Assembly: GCA_937900255.1 (NCBI GenBank)
Contig: CALCDZ010000002.1
Span: 9,655-73,654 of the forward strand
Origin: an uncultured bacterium
GTDB taxonomy: Bacteria > Patescibacteriota > Patescibacteriia > SG8-24 > DYFX01
DNA: 64,000 nt
Reading direction: 5' to 3'
Each line of letters starts with the position of its first letter. The first letter of the stretch is position 1. The notes below the pieces were generated by a model. That model was not told the origin of the DNA. It saw nothing but the letters and a program-made list of their open reading frames with translations, and made no database searches. Below, piece after piece: positions 8,005 to 17,917 of this stretch. The translations under genes and the position numbers were made by a program.

Positions 8005-10593
8005 ATGCAAGACAAGATCGTCATCAAGGGCGCGCGCGAGCACAACCTCAAGAACGTCGACCTGGAACTGCCCCGCAACAAGATGATCGTCCTCACGGGC
8101 GTCTCGGGCTCCGGCAAGTCGAGCCTGGCTTTCGATACGGTCTTCGCCGAGGGCCAGCGCCGCTACGTGGAATCGCTTTCCGCCTACGCCCGCCAGTTCC
8201 TCGGCCAGATGCAGAAGCCGGACGTCGATGAGATCGAAGGCCTCAGTCCCGCCATCGCCATCGACCAGAAGGCGCACTCCTCGAACCCGCGTTCGACCGT
8301 CGCCACCATCACCGAAATTTACGATTACCTGCGCGTGCTCTACGCCCGCGTCGGACGTCCGCACTGCGTCATCTGCAAGAAGGAGATCCGCAAACTCACT
8401 CCTGAAGCCATCGTCGACGCTGCCATCGAGCGCACGAAAGCCATCCATTCCCAGCAGGTCGAGGAAAACAAGGCGATCGCGGGGAAGGAGTCCCTTCTGA
8501 AGAAGAAGAAAACCCATTTCGACCACATTCAGGTGCTGGCCCCGATCGTCCGCGGGCGCAAGGGCGAGTACATGCAGATGTTGAACGACCTTTATACGTC
8601 CGGCTTCTCCGACGTGCGCATCGACGGCAAATGGAAGAACCTCCGGAACCGCATCACGCTCGCCAAGTACGGCACGCATACGATCGAGCTGCTGATCGAC
8701 CGCGTGCCGCTCGGCTGGCCGCTCGAGAACAACAAGGGTTTCCGCAGCCAGCTGGCCGAAGCCGTCGAGACGGCGCTCGACCGCGCCAAGGGCGTGGTGA
8801 CGTTCGTGTATTCGGACGGCACCGAGCATGTCATGTCTTCCGAATACGCCTGCCCGGACGACGGCTTCTCGTTCCCGGAGGTCGAGCCGCGCCTCTTCTC
8901 TTTCAACAGCCCGTATGGCGCCTGCCCCGAATGTCATGGCCTCGGCACCGAGTCGGTCTGGAGCGATAAGCCGTGCGCCGCCTGCCATGGAGCGCGCCTG
9001 CGGCCGGAAGCCCTGCATGTCTGGCTCGGCGGCAAGAAGAGCATCCTGGACGTCACCGGGTTCTCGATCGAAGAAGCGGCCGATTTCTTCAAGGGGCTCA
9101 AGCTTTCGGAAACGGAACAGGAGATCTCGCTCTCGGTCCTGAAGGAGATCACTTCGCGCCTGCAGTTCATGCTGGACGTCGGACTGAACTACCTGACGCT
9201 CGCCCGCAAGGCAGGCACGCTTTCTGGCGGCGAAGCCCAGCGCATCCGGCTGGCGTCGCAGATCGGCTCCAAGCTGGTCGGTGCGCTCTACGTGCTGGAT
9301 GAGCCGACCATCGGATTGCACCAGCGCGACAACGCCAAGCTCCTCGAGACGCTCACGCACCTGCGCGACATCGGCAACACGATTTTGGTGGTTGAGCACG
9401 ACGAAGACACCATCTTCACCGCCGATCATCTCGTCGACTTCGGCCCCAGGGCAGGCAAGCACGGCGGGCGCATCGTGGCGCAGGGGGCGATGCCGGACGT
9501 GCTGGTGAAAGGACCGGCCAACAAGGAGTCGCTCACGGTCCAATACCTGAACGGCGACCTGAAGATCGCCGTGCCGCGCACTCGGCGCACGAAGGACAGG
9601 GGATCGATCAAGATCAAGGGCGCTTCCGAGAACAACCTCAAGGATGTCGATGTCGAGATCCCGCTCGGCAAGTTCGTCTGCCTGACCGGCGTCTCGGGCT
9701 CCGGAAAGTCCACGCTGATGGAGGAAGTCCTGTGGCGTTCGCTTTCCAACAAGCTGAACGGCACCAACTACAAGCCCGGCAAGCACAAGCAGATCCTCGG
9801 TCTCGAGCATCTCGACAAGTGCATCGTCATCGACCAGTCGCCGATCGGCCGCACGCCGCGCTCGAACCCCGCCACCTATACCGGTTCCTGGACGCACATC
9901 CGCGAGCTGTTCGCCACTACGCCGGAAGCCCGCATGCGCGGATACCAGGTCGGACGTTTCTCCTTCAACCGCCCGGGCGGACGCTGCGAGAACTGCGAAG
10001 GCAACGGTCAGATCGCCATCGAGATGCATTTCCTTCCGACCGTCTACGTCCAGTGCGACGTCTGCAAGGGCCGGCGTTTCGACCGCGAAACGTTGGAGGT
10101 GAAGTACAAGGACAAGTCCATCTACGACATCCTCAGGATGACGGTGGAGGAGGCGTCCGAATTCTTCCGCGACATCCCGTGGATCCACGACAAGATCAAG
10201 CTGCTGAAGGAAGTTGGTCTCGATTACCTCGAGCTCGGCCAGAGCGCGACCTCGCTCTCCGGCGGCGAGGCGCAGCGTGTCAAGCTCGCATCCGAACTCT
10301 CCAAGCGCCAGACCGGCCGCACCATCTACCTGCTCGACGAGCCGACCACCGGCCTCCACTTCGCCGACATCGACAAGCTGCTGGAGGTCCTGCACCGCCT
10401 CGTGAACTACGGCAACACAGTGCTGGTCATCGAGCATAACCTCGACGTCATCAAGACGGCTGACCACGTGATCGACCTCGGTCCCGAAGGCGGCGACCGC
10501 GGCGGGGAAGTGGTGGCCCAAGGCACGCCGGAAGAGATCGTCAGGAGCGCCAAGTCGCTGACGGGGAAGTACCTGAAAAAGTACCTGAAATGA
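8005..10593 (+). CDS. uvrA: excinuclease ABC subunit A (short form)
   Basis: GAREHNLKN, two GVSGSGKS Walker A, two LSGGEAQR signatures, Zn-finger Cys pairs. Confidence 0.98.
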   Translation: MQDKIVIKGAREHNLKNVDLELPRNKMIVLTGVSGSGKSSLAFDTVFAEGQRRYVESLSAYARQFLGQMQKPDVDEIEGLSPAIAIDQKAHSSNPRSTVATITEIYDYLRVLYARVGRPHCVICKKEIRKLTPEAIVDAAIERTKAIHSQQVEENKAIAGKESLLKKKKTHFDHIQVLAPIVRGRKGEYMQMLNDLYTSGFSDVRIDGKWKNLRNRITLAKYGTHTIELLIDRVPLGWPLENNKGFRSQLAEAVETALDRAKGVVTFVYSDGTEHVMSSEYACPDDGFSFPEVEPRLFSFNSPYGACPECHGLGTESVWSDKPCAACHGARLRPEALHVWLGGKKSILDVTGFSIEEAADFFKGLKLSETEQEISLSVLKEITSRLQFMLDVGLNYLTLARKAGTLSGGEAQRIRLASQIGSKLVGALYVLDEPTIGLHQRDNAKLLETLTHLRDIGNTILVVEHDEDTIFTADHLVDFGPRAGKHGGRIVAQGAMPDVLVKGPANKESLTVQYLNGDLKIAVPRTRRTKDRGSIKIKGASENNLKDVDVEIPLGKFVCLTGVSGSGKSTLMEEVLWRSLSNKLNGTNYKPGKHKQILGLEHLDKCIVIDQSPIGRTPRSNPATYTGSWTHIRELFATTPEARMRGYQVGRFSFNRPGGRCENCEGNGQIAIEMHFLPTVYVQCDVCKGRRFDRETLEVKYKDKSIYDILRMTVEEASEFFRDIPWIHDKIKLLKEVGLDYLELGQSATSLSGGEAQRVKLASELSKRQTGRTIYLLDEPTTGLHFADIDKLLEVLHRLVNYGNTVLVIEHNLDVIKTADHVIDLGPEGGDRGGEVVAQGTPEEIVRSAKSLTGKYLKKYLK

Positions 10594-10622
10594 AAAAAAC
10601 GCCCAGGGCTACGCGCCGGGCG
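10593..10622 (-). terminator. probable terminator between uvrA and the convergent ORF
   Basis: A7 tract plus CGCCC...GGGCG stem. Confidence 0.5.
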
Positions 10623-10907
10623 CTAGTGGCAGACGCTTCCGCTCCGATCCCGGAGCGGCGGCGCGTGAGCACGGATGAACTCCATGATCCCGTCCTGGTA
10701 GTCTCCGAGCAACCGCGCCAAGCGGGTCAGGTCATCGCTCCCGCGCTCGCGCTCGACGTCGATGCAGAAGACCACGTCGAGATGGTCCGGCGTGGGGCGG
10801 TGGACGCGGATCTCCGCGTAGAGGCGCCTGTCGCCGCCGTAGCCGTACTCGAGCCACACGGGGTGCACCCGGTCCGGGAACCGGTCGGTGACGTCCATGG
10901 ACTTCAC
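10623..10907 (-). CDS. hypothetical protein (true start uncertain)
   Basis: GC3-rich frame filling the uvrA-uvrC gap; terminator directly downstream; frame stays open upstream to 11039. Confidence 0.5.
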   Translation of the reverse strand: MKSMDVTDRFPDRVHPVWLEYGYGGDRRLYAEIRVHRPTPDHLDVVFCIDVERERGSDDLTRLARLLGDYQDGIMEFIRAHAPPLRDRSGSVCH

Positions 10908-11047
10908 GACCCGCGGGTGGCCGCTGGGGATACGGTTATCCCGGTGGAAAAAGGACGCACCTTGGCGATTTTGGACGATTTCCGGTACTGCCTGCTCCTT
11001 GGTGGTACTGCACTTTTCTACCCCGAATCGGGTACGATGTCAATAGC

Positions 11048-12343
11048 ATGAACCTGCCGCAGACGGTCAAACTGAAGGAACCGGAAATCCCCGAAAGCCC
11101 GGGCGTCTATTACATGAAGGACGCTGAGGGGAAGGTTTTGTACGTGGGAAAGGCGGTTTCACTGGCACGGCGCATCCCGCAGTACTGGCAGCGCCCGCAC
11201 GGCGAGCACATCGAACGGATGGTGCCGTCGATCGCCGCCATCGACTGGCAGGTGGTGCCGACGGCCATCGAGGCGCTGATCCTGGAAGCCAACGAGATCC
11301 GTCGGCTGAAGCCGCCGGTCAACGTCATCGGCAAGGACGATTCGAGCTTCATGCACCTGGCCATCACCGCCGAGGAGTTCCCGAGGCCGGTGCTGATCCG
11401 CGGGCATGAGCTGGAAGCGACGCCGAAGAAGAAGTTCAAGCGCGTCTTCGGCCCCTATACCTCGACGGGGTCGATCCGCGCCGCGCTGGAGCTGACGCGC
11501 AAGCTCTTCCATTGGTCGGATTGCGCGCCTGGACAGAAGCGCCCGTGTTTCTACTATCACATCAAGCTCTGCCCCGGCGTCTGCACCGGCGCGATCCCGA
11601 AGCGGGAATACGCCAAGAACATCCGGCGCCTGATGCTGTTTTTCGAAGGGAAGAAGGCGCAGATCCTGAAGGAGACGGAGCGGCAGATGAAGGCCGCCGC
11701 CAAGGCGGAGAATTTCGAGGAGGCTGCCAAGATGCGCAACCTGATGTTCGCGTTGACGCACATCCAGGACGTCTCGGTCATCAAGCGCGAGGACGAACCG
11801 CGCGAGGCCCGCGCGGGCGGCATCGACGTCTTCGGCCGGATCGAGGCGTACGACATCTCCAATATCATGGGCCAGCAGCCGGTCGCTTCCGGCGTCGTCT
11901 TCATCGAGGGTCTTCCGCGCAAGAGCCTGTACAAGAAGTTCGCCATCAAGACGGTCAAAGGCGCCAACGACATCGCCATGATGAAGGAAGTCCTCAGCCG
12001 CCGTTTCGCGCGCGGCGGGTCGTCCTTGCCTTCTTCGGAAAAGCGGACGAAGCACGGCGACTGGGACCATCCTGACCTCCTGGTCATCGACGGCGGTCGG
12101 GGACAGGTCAACGCCGCCATGGGAGTCCTGAGGCGCCTGAAGCTCAAGATCCCGACCGTCGGGCTGGCCAAGGGTCCCGACCGCAAGCAGGACGTCCTGA
12201 TCTATGGCGAAAGGACTCCGGAACTCGTCCGCACCGCCGTCCGCTACAAAAAAATCCTCCAGCACGCCCGCGACGAAGCGCACCGGTTCGCCGTCACGTA
12301 TCACCGCAAACGCAGGGCCAAGAAGTTCCTGAGCGGCAAGTAA
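11048..12343 (+). CDS. uvrC: excinuclease ABC subunit C (short form, no C-terminal HhH)
   Basis: GIY-YIG (PGVY..LYVGKA), Cys cluster, UVR motif, RIEAYDISN, LLVIDGGRGQ, RDEAHRFA. Confidence 0.93.
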   Translation: MNLPQTVKLKEPEIPESPGVYYMKDAEGKVLYVGKAVSLARRIPQYWQRPHGEHIERMVPSIAAIDWQVVPTAIEALILEANEIRRLKPPVNVIGKDDSSFMHLAITAEEFPRPVLIRGHELEATPKKKFKRVFGPYTSTGSIRAALELTRKLFHWSDCAPGQKRPCFYYHIKLCPGVCTGAIPKREYAKNIRRLMLFFEGKKAQILKETERQMKAAAKAENFEEAAKMRNLMFALTHIQDVSVIKREDEPREARAGGIDVFGRIEAYDISNIMGQQPVASGVVFIEGLPRKSLYKKFAIKTVKGANDIAMMKEVLSRRFARGGSSLPSSEKRTKHGDWDHPDLLVIDGGRGQVNAAMGVLRRLKLKIPTVGLAKGPDRKQDVLIYGERTPELVRTAVRYKKILQHARDEAHRFAVTYHRKRRAKKFLSGK

Positions 12344-12359
12344 AATCCAGCTTGTCCAG

Positions 12360-12386
12360 AATACCCCTACCCGAAGGGTATTTTTT
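12360..12386 (+). terminator. intrinsic terminator after uvrC
   Basis: AATACCC...GGGTATT plus T tract. Confidence 0.7.
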
Positions 12387-12392
12387 GTTCGC

Positions 12393-12401
12393 TTATCCAC
12401 A
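12393..12401 (+). promoter_or_regulatory. DnaA box
   Basis: Exact TTATCCACA consensus upstream of mraZ. Confidence 0.6.
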
Positions 12402-12405
12402 AAGA

Positions 12406-12471
12406 TGGGGTCGAAGTGTTGCCTTGTGGTGTAAAATGGGATATAATGGTTCCATCGTGGTGATAAGTGGG
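12406..12471 (+). promoter_or_regulatory. MraZ-binding direct repeats overlapping the dcw promoter
   Basis: (A/G)TGG(G/T) units at 12406, 12426, 12436, 12446, 12457 and 12467 (10-11 nt period); TATAAT at 12442. Confidence 0.8.
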
Positions 12472-12490
12472 GAAAATAAAGGAAAGTGCG

Positions 12491-12922
12491 ATGTTTATTG
12501 GGGAGTATCGGCATTCGATCGACGAGAAGGGTCGCCTCGCGATTCCCGTGAAGTTTCGCGGGGATCTTGAGTCAGGCGCGATCGTCACTCGCGGACTCGA
12601 TGGGTGCCTGTATGTCTACACCTCCTCCGAGTGGCAGAAGTTGGCCGATAAGCTGGCGGCCATGCCGATGAGCCAGTCCAATTCCCGCGCGTTCGCCCGC
12701 CTGATGCTGGCCGGAGCGATGGATGTGGCGATCGACAAGCAGGGGAGGGTCGTCCTGCCGGAGTACCTGCGGGCTTATGCGGGCATCAAGAAGAACCTGG
12801 TGGTGGCGGGACTCTACAACCACCTTGAGCTCTGGGACGAATCCGCTTGGGACGCCTATAAGCGGAAGACCGAAAAGGATTCCGGCGACATCGCCGAGCA
12901 GCTTGGCGCCCTCGGCGTCTAG
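12491..12922 (+). CDS. mraZ: division/cell wall cluster transcriptional repressor MraZ
   Basis: MFIGEYRHSIDEKGR and IDKQGRV motifs. Confidence 0.97.
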   Translation: MFIGEYRHSIDEKGRLAIPVKFRGDLESGAIVTRGLDGCLYVYTSSEWQKLADKLAAMPMSQSNSRAFARLMLAGAMDVAIDKQGRVVLPEYLRAYAGIKKNLVVAGLYNHLELWDESAWDAYKRKTEKDSGDIAEQLGALGV

Positions 12923-12924
12923 GT

Positions 12925-13821
12925 ATGGGCGGCCAGCATGTCCCGGTCCTCCTGAAGGAGGTTCTCGCGCATCTTGATCCCAGGCCCGGAGACGACGTCA
13001 TCGACGCGACGCTCGGCGGAGGCGGTCACGCCTCGGCGCTCCTGGAGGCGATCGGCCCGACCGGCCGCCTCCTGGGGATCGAATGGGATGCCCGCACGTT
13101 GGAGGAGACGCGGAAGTCGCTCGGACGGTTCGGTTCCCGTGCCATGCTTGTCCACGGGAATTACCGGAACGTCGAGACGCTTGCGCGGGCGTGCGGGATC
13201 CCGTCGTTTTCCGCGATCCTCATCGACCTGGGCTACTCGTCCTTTCAGATCGACGACGCGCAAAGAGGCTTCTCTTTCCGTCATGACGGTCCGCTCGACA
13301 TGCGTTACGACGCCTCGGGCGACCTGACGGCATACGACATCGTCAACGGCTGGTCCAAGGAAGACCTGATCCGCATCCTCCGCGATTACGGCGAAGAACG
13401 CGCGGCCGGACGCATCGCCGAGGTGATCGTCCGCGACCGCCGTCAGTATGCCATCTCGTCGACGTCCCAGCTGGCCGCCATCGTGGCCTCGGCACTGCCC
13501 GAGCGTTTCCGGGGCGGCAAGCCCAAGATCCACCCCGCCACGCAGGCCTTTCAGGCGATCCGCATCGCCGTGAACGACGAGTTCGGCAATATCGAAGCCG
13601 TCTTGCCCGAGGCGGTGAAGCTGCTCAAGCCAGGCGGTCGCCTGGCCGTCATCAGCTTCCATTCGTTGGAAGACCGGATCATCAAGCGTTTTTTCGGAAG
13701 TTCCGAAGAGCTCACGGCCATGACCTCCAAACCGATCGTGCCGACCGAGGCCGAATCGATCGGCAATCCGAGGTCGCGTTCCGCCAAGCTCCGTGTCGCC
13801 CAAAAGATTTCCCATGGCTAA
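12925..13821 (+). CDS. rsmH: 16S rRNA m4C1402 methyltransferase
   Basis: HVPVLL, DATLGGGGH, GPLDMR, ISFHSLEDR, NPRSRSAKLR. Confidence 0.97.
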   Translation: MGGQHVPVLLKEVLAHLDPRPGDDVIDATLGGGGHASALLEAIGPTGRLLGIEWDARTLEETRKSLGRFGSRAMLVHGNYRNVETLARACGIPSFSAILIDLGYSSFQIDDAQRGFSFRHDGPLDMRYDASGDLTAYDIVNGWSKEDLIRILRDYGEERAAGRIAEVIVRDRRQYAISSTSQLAAIVASALPERFRGGKPKIHPATQAFQAIRIAVNDEFGNIEAVLPEAVKLLKPGGRLAVISFHSLEDRIIKRFFGSSEELTAMTSKPIVPTEAESIGNPRSRSAKLRVAQKISHG

Positions 13822-14155
13822 AAAGTTCCAGACCAGACGTCATCATCGAGCGCCTCGTGCGCGATCTTTCAGGCTGCCGCCCCGTTTCAGCATCGGCATC
13901 CTCGGCACGCTGCTCGTGGCCTCGTTCGCGGGCTACCTGGTGCAGGTCAATGCCGCTTCCTCCAAAGGTTTCCAGATCCGAACCCTGCAAGAAAAAATCT
14001 CCGATCTGAAGCAGCAGGTGGATAAGACCGAGTTGAGGGTCGCGCAGGAGCAGTCCGTGGCCTCCGTCGAGCAGAAGGTGCGTGAGATGGGCATGGTTCC
14101 GACTGACGAAGTGCAGTACGTCTCGTCCGGAGCGTCCGTCGTCGCGCAGCGCTGA
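13814..14155 (+). CDS. ftsL: FtsL-like cell division protein
   Basis: Position after rsmH; basic N-terminus, one TM, coiled-coil, ending MGMVP. Confidence 0.65.
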   Translation: MAKKFQTRRHHRAPRARSFRLPPRFSIGILGTLLVASFAGYLVQVNAASSKGFQIRTLQEKISDLKQQVDKTELRVAQEQSVASVEQKVREMGMVPTDEVQYVSSGASVVAQR

Positions 14156-14159
14156 GATG

Positions 14160-14190
14160 AAAAAAGCCGGAAGCCTATGGCTTCCGGTTT
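14160..14190. terminator. bidirectional terminator
   Basis: AAAAAAGCCGGAAGCC-TAT-GGCTTCCGGTTTT. Confidence 0.85.
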
Positions 14191-14927
14191 TCGAGATGCG
14201 CCCTGATCAGGCCGGCTTTCTCCAGGAAGGAGGGGAGACCGAGCTCTTTTTCGAGAGCGCGCACTTGTCGGCGCACGCTCGATCCATGCGCAATGAGCGA
14301 TCCGGCTGCGAGCAGCGTCGCGGCGACGAATAGGGCGAGCGCGGCCCAAGCGGCGGGCGACCAGGCGGCGCGCACGATGAGGCATGCGATGGCACCCGCC
14401 TCGGTATAGACCTTGATCTTGCCGACCGCGTTGGCTGAGGATTTCAACCCCCACGTCAGCCGCACGGCTTCGCGGAGGAACGTGAGCAGCAGGGCGAAGG
14501 CCGCGGCGCAAGCGATCGACCAAGCCGGCAGCAGGCCGTGACCGAGGACGATGATCGCCGGAAAATACCGGAGCTTATCGACGATCGGGTCGAACTTCGT
14601 CCCGAATTCCGTCGGGCCGAGCCGCAACCAGACGCTCCGTCCTTTTCCGGAATCGACCTTTTCCTTCCAACGGCGGAACTGATGCCGGGCCAGCGCGCCG
14701 TCGACGGCGTCGGTGAGCAGGCTGAGAGCGAAACAAGCGCCTCCCAGCGCCGCATTTCCACGCCACCAGGCCGCCAGCATGGGGACGATCAGCAGCGCAC
14801 CGAAGAGCGTCACCAGGTTCGGCGGCAGCCGGGCGAAAGGCCCGCAGCGGTCCAGGGTCCAGTCGGCGCACCGTGCGGCCAGGCTGAACTCCTTCTTCTC
14901 GTACCAACGTTCTTGTTCCCTGACCAT
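14175..14927 (-). CDS. CDP-alcohol phosphatidyltransferase (PgsA-like)
   Basis: PNLVT and DAVDGALAR..G..FDPIVDK motifs; AGGAGGT SD before the ATG at 14927. Confidence 0.85.
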   Translation of the reverse strand: MVREQERWYEKKEFSLAARCADWTLDRCGPFARLPPNLVTLFGALLIVPMLAAWWRGNAALGGACFALSLLTDAVDGALARHQFRRWKEKVDSGKGRSVWLRLGPTEFGTKFDPIVDKLRYFPAIIVLGHGLLPAWSIACAAAFALLLTFLREAVRLTWGLKSSANAVGKIKVYTEAGAIACLIVRAAWSPAAWAALALFVAATLLAAGSLIAHGSSVRRQVRALEKELGLPSFLEKAGLIRAHLENRKP

Positions 14928-15042
14928 TTCCGCACCTCCTGTGGACTGCGGCCGTTCTATCATGTTGGAAGCCCTTCGGCAAGGGTCGCTTGCCTCGCGC
15001 CTTCGCGCAGGATACTCTGGTGACGATCATCGGATCGTGCAT

Positions 15043-16113
15043 ATGGTCCTCAATACCTTCCTTTACGGCTTCTTGGGCGCGCTGGCCATCACGCCGATCG
15101 TGCGTTTTTTCGCGACCAAGGCGGGGATCGTCGACCGCCCTGATGGCGACCGCAAGAAGCACGAGGCGCCCACTCCGTTGCTGGGGGGCGTCGCAGCCTT
15201 CTCCGCCTTCGCGCTCGCCGTCATCCTCTCGCTCCACGGCCTCTTGGGGGGATTCCTCCCGGCCAAGCACGTCTTCGGCATCCTGCTCGGAGGAGTCGTC
15301 CTGGTCGTCGGAGGATTCTTGGACGACCGATACGACCTTCCGCCGCGGTTCCAGATCCTCTTCCCCGTGGTTTCCTCCCTGATCGTCATCGCTTCCGGAA
15401 TCGGCGCTTCCGTCATCACGAATCCTTTCGGCGGAGCGCTCCCGCTCGACCTTTGGCGCCTGCAGGTCCTCACGATTTCCGGCACCCCGTACTTCCTGAC
15501 GTTCCCGGCGGATCTTTTCACGTTCGTCTGGATGATGGGGATGATTTATACGACCAAGCTGCTCGACGGTCTGGATGGCCTGGTCAGCGGCCTCGGCGTC
15601 ATCGGCTTCGCGGTGCTGGCCATCTATAGCCTTTCGCCCCAGGCGGCCGAGCCGGAGCTGGCGCGGTTCGCCATGGCGGCGGCCGGCGCCTTCGGCGGCT
15701 TCTTGTTCTACAACGCCCGCCCGGCGGCGATCTTCCTGGGCGAAGGCGGATCGACCCTGACCGGATACCTGCTCGGCGTGATGGCGATCATGGCCGGCGG
15801 AAAGATCGGCGTCACCCTGATGGTCCTTGCCGTCCCCATCATGGACGTGGCATGGACGATCGCCTGCCGGTTCTTGGGCGGACGTTCGGTCACGCAGGGC
15901 GGGAGCGATCATCTTCACTTCCGACTCGTCCGATGGGGCCTTTCTCCCGGCAAGACCGTCCTGCTTTTTTGGGCGTTCGCCGCAGGCTTCGGCGGCGCCG
16001 GATTGTTCATCGCCGGGTGGCAGAAAACGCTCGCTCTGGCGCTCCTCGGCGCCCTGTACGCCGCTGTCGTATTCATTCTCGGTAAACGTACCCATGGAAA
16101 ATCCGTCCATTGA
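15043..16113 (+). CDS. MraY/WecA/TagO-family polyprenyl-phosphate sugar-1-phosphate transferase
   Basis: KH..PTPLLGG, GFLDD, DGLDGL, FLGEGGS, HLHFRL; multi-TM. Confidence 0.9.
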   Translation: MVLNTFLYGFLGALAITPIVRFFATKAGIVDRPDGDRKKHEAPTPLLGGVAAFSAFALAVILSLHGLLGGFLPAKHVFGILLGGVVLVVGGFLDDRYDLPPRFQILFPVVSSLIVIASGIGASVITNPFGGALPLDLWRLQVLTISGTPYFLTFPADLFTFVWMMGMIYTTKLLDGLDGLVSGLGVIGFAVLAIYSLSPQAAEPELARFAMAAAGAFGGFLFYNARPAAIFLGEGGSTLTGYLLGVMAIMAGGKIGVTLMVLAVPIMDVAWTIACRFLGGRSVTQGGSDHLHFRLVRWGLSPGKTVLLFWAFAAGFGGAGLFIAGWQKTLALALLGALYAAVVFILGKRTHGKSVH

Positions 16114-16588
16114 GAAGAAACCGACGCCGATCATGACGGCCGTCATCGTCCTGGTCCTGCTCGCCGCCGCGGGACTCCGCGTCAAGGACGCGTTCCTGCT
16201 CCGTCGGGTCATCTGGGCACGGATGTCGTTGCACGACGCTTCCTTCGCCGTTGAAGTGGCCGATACCGCCGCCAAGCGGGAGAAGGGGCTCGGAGGGCGC
16301 TCCGGCATCGCCGGCGATCACGGCATGTATTTCCCGTTCCCGGAGGCGCGCGCTTGGGTGTTCTGGATGAAGGGGATGCGTTTCCCGATCGACATCGTCT
16401 GGATCCGGGAGGGCAAAGTCATCGACATCACATCGGATGTCCCGGTCGATCCCGGACTGCCCCTCAAGACCTATAGTCCGGTCGACCCGGCTGATGCGGT
16501 CCTTGAACTGCAGGCGGGAACCGCCCGCCGCATCGGTCTGCAAAGGGGGGATGCGGCCGTCCTGGCCGTCTCTCCGGACGGGAGTTGA
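16094..16588 (+). CDS. DUF192 family protein
   Basis: VEVADT..REKGL, GMYF, FWMKGMRFPIDIVWI, VLELQAG. Confidence 0.88.
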   Translation: MENPSIEKKPTPIMTAVIVLVLLAAAGLRVKDAFLLRRVIWARMSLHDASFAVEVADTAAKREKGLGGRSGIAGDHGMYFPFPEARAWVFWMKGMRFPIDIVWIREGKVIDITSDVPVDPGLPLKTYSPVDPADAVLELQAGTARRIGLQRGDAAVLAVSPDGS

Positions 16589-16639
16589 CGGCATCCCGGG
16601 CCTCTGCTAGAATACGGCTACATTCGATAAACCCAGCAT

Positions 16640-16954
16640 ATGTACGCAGTCGTCAAAACCGGCGGAAAACAATACAAGGTCAAGGAGGGCCAGACCCTGA
16701 ACGTCGAGAAGCTCGAAACCCCCGCGGGTACGAGCCTCGATCTCGAGGTCCTGCTGGTCACGGACGAGGAGGGGAAGGATCTCAAGGTCGGCACCCCGAC
16801 CGTCGCCGGCGCCAAAGTTTCGGCCAAGGTGGTCGAGCATGGACGCGCCGCCAAGATCCAGGTCGTGAAGTACAAGCCTAAGAGCCGCTACAAGCGGGTC
16901 AACGGCCACCGCCAGCCTTTCACCAAGCTCCAGATCGAGAAGATCGCCGCCTGA
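16640..16954 (+). CDS. rplU: 50S ribosomal protein L21
   Basis: [14 protein letters not shown] and GHRQPFT. Confidence 0.98.
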   Translation: MYAVVKTGGKQYKVKEGQTLNVEKLETPAGTSLDLEVLLVTDEEGKDLKVGTPTVAGAKVSAKVVEHGRAAKIQVVKYKPKSRYKRVNGHRQPFTKLQIEKIAA

Positions 16955-16967
16955 CCGGCGGATCGAC

Positions 16968-16997
16968 AAAAGCCCCCGACGATCGTCGAGGGCTTTT
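16968..16997. terminator. bidirectional terminator rplU/recR
   Basis: AAAAGCCCCCGAC-GATC-GTCGAGGGCTTTT. Confidence 0.85.
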
Positions 16998-16999
16998 CG

Positions 17000-17608
17000 T
17001 CATCTCAGGTTCATCTCGCGCCGTCCCGTGAGCGCGTCCGAGAGGGTGACCTCGTCGGCATATTCCAGGTCGGCGCCGCGTGGGAGGCCGCGTGCCAGGC
17101 GGCTGACGCGCGGGACGATCGCGCCGTAGCGCCGTGAAAGGTAGTTCATGGTGGCTTCGCCTTCGATGGTCGGATTGACGGCCATGAGCAGCTCGCGCAC
17201 CGTTCCTCCACGGAGACGCGCATCGAGCGCCTCGATGCCGAGCGACTCCGGCGTCACGCCTTCGATGGGCGAGAGCAGCCCTCCCAGCACGAAATACCTG
17301 CCCTTGAACGCCCCGGTGCGCTCGATGGCGGAAAGGCCTTGCTGGTCGGCGACGATGCAGACCTCGTCGGGGTGGCGCGCCGGGTCGCGGCAGATGCGGC
17401 AAGGGTCCGACTCCGAGACGCTCCGGCACTCCGAGCAGGAGGTGATGGCGCGGTCGAGGGCATAGAGCGCGTCGGCCAGCTGGATCGGCGCGCGGCGCCC
17501 GCGCCCGAGCAGATGGAACACGAAACGCTCGGCGGTCTTCTCGCCGATGCCCGGGAGCCGCTTGAACTCCTGGATGAGGTTCTCGATCGATGCCGGAAAA
17601 CGCGGCAT
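17000..17608 (-). CDS. recR: recombination mediator RecR
   Basis: LPGIGEKTAER, C4 zinc finger, TOPRIM (NPTIEGEAT, LEYADEVTL). Confidence 0.97.
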   Translation of the reverse strand: MPRFPASIENLIQEFKRLPGIGEKTAERFVFHLLGRGRRAPIQLADALYALDRAITSCSECRSVSESDPCRICRDPARHPDEVCIVADQQGLSAIERTGAFKGRYFVLGGLLSPIEGVTPESLGIEALDARLRGGTVRELLMAVNPTIEGEATMNYLSRRYGAIVPRVSRLARGLPRGADLEYADEVTLSDALTGRREMNLR

Positions 17609-17609
17609 G

Positions 17610-17909
17610 TCAGCTGAGTCCCGGGAGGTTCAATCCGCCGGTCTTCTTCATCGCCTCCGCCATCGAGCGCTGCGCCTTCTTGACCGTGTCGTTGTAGGCC
17701 TCTTTCACCGCCGCTTCCAGCTTGGCCTTGTCGGACAGCAGTTCCTGATCGATCGAGACCGAGGTGACTTCCTGATTGCCGTTCATCGCGACTTTCACCT
17801 TGCCCCAGCCGCCCGCGCCTTCGACCGTCACGTCCTTGAGCACGTCCTGGATCTTCTTGGCTTGGTCGCGGAGGTCCTTGAATTGCTTGAGTTTCGAGAA
17901 CATCGTCAT
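17610..17909 (-). CDS. ybaB: YbaB/EbfC nucleoid-associated protein
   Basis: GAGGWGKVKVAMNGNQEV; adjacent to recR. Confidence 0.9.
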   Translation of the reverse strand: MTMFSKLKQFKDLRDQAKKIQDVLKDVTVEGAGGWGKVKVAMNGNQEVTSVSIDQELLSDKAKLEAAVKEAYNDTVKKAQRSMAEAMKKTGGLNLPGLS

Positions 17910-17917
17910 AGATGGGA

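Noticed and set aside
5328-10521. Very long antisense ORFs (929 aa, 846 aa; also 28077..30221, 49335..51314, 54667..56559)
   Set aside because: Shadow frames of well-identified high-GC genes; no motifs of their own
12343-12490. Possible replication origin
   Set aside because: Single DnaA box, no dnaA/dnaN nearby; the repeats are explained by MraZ
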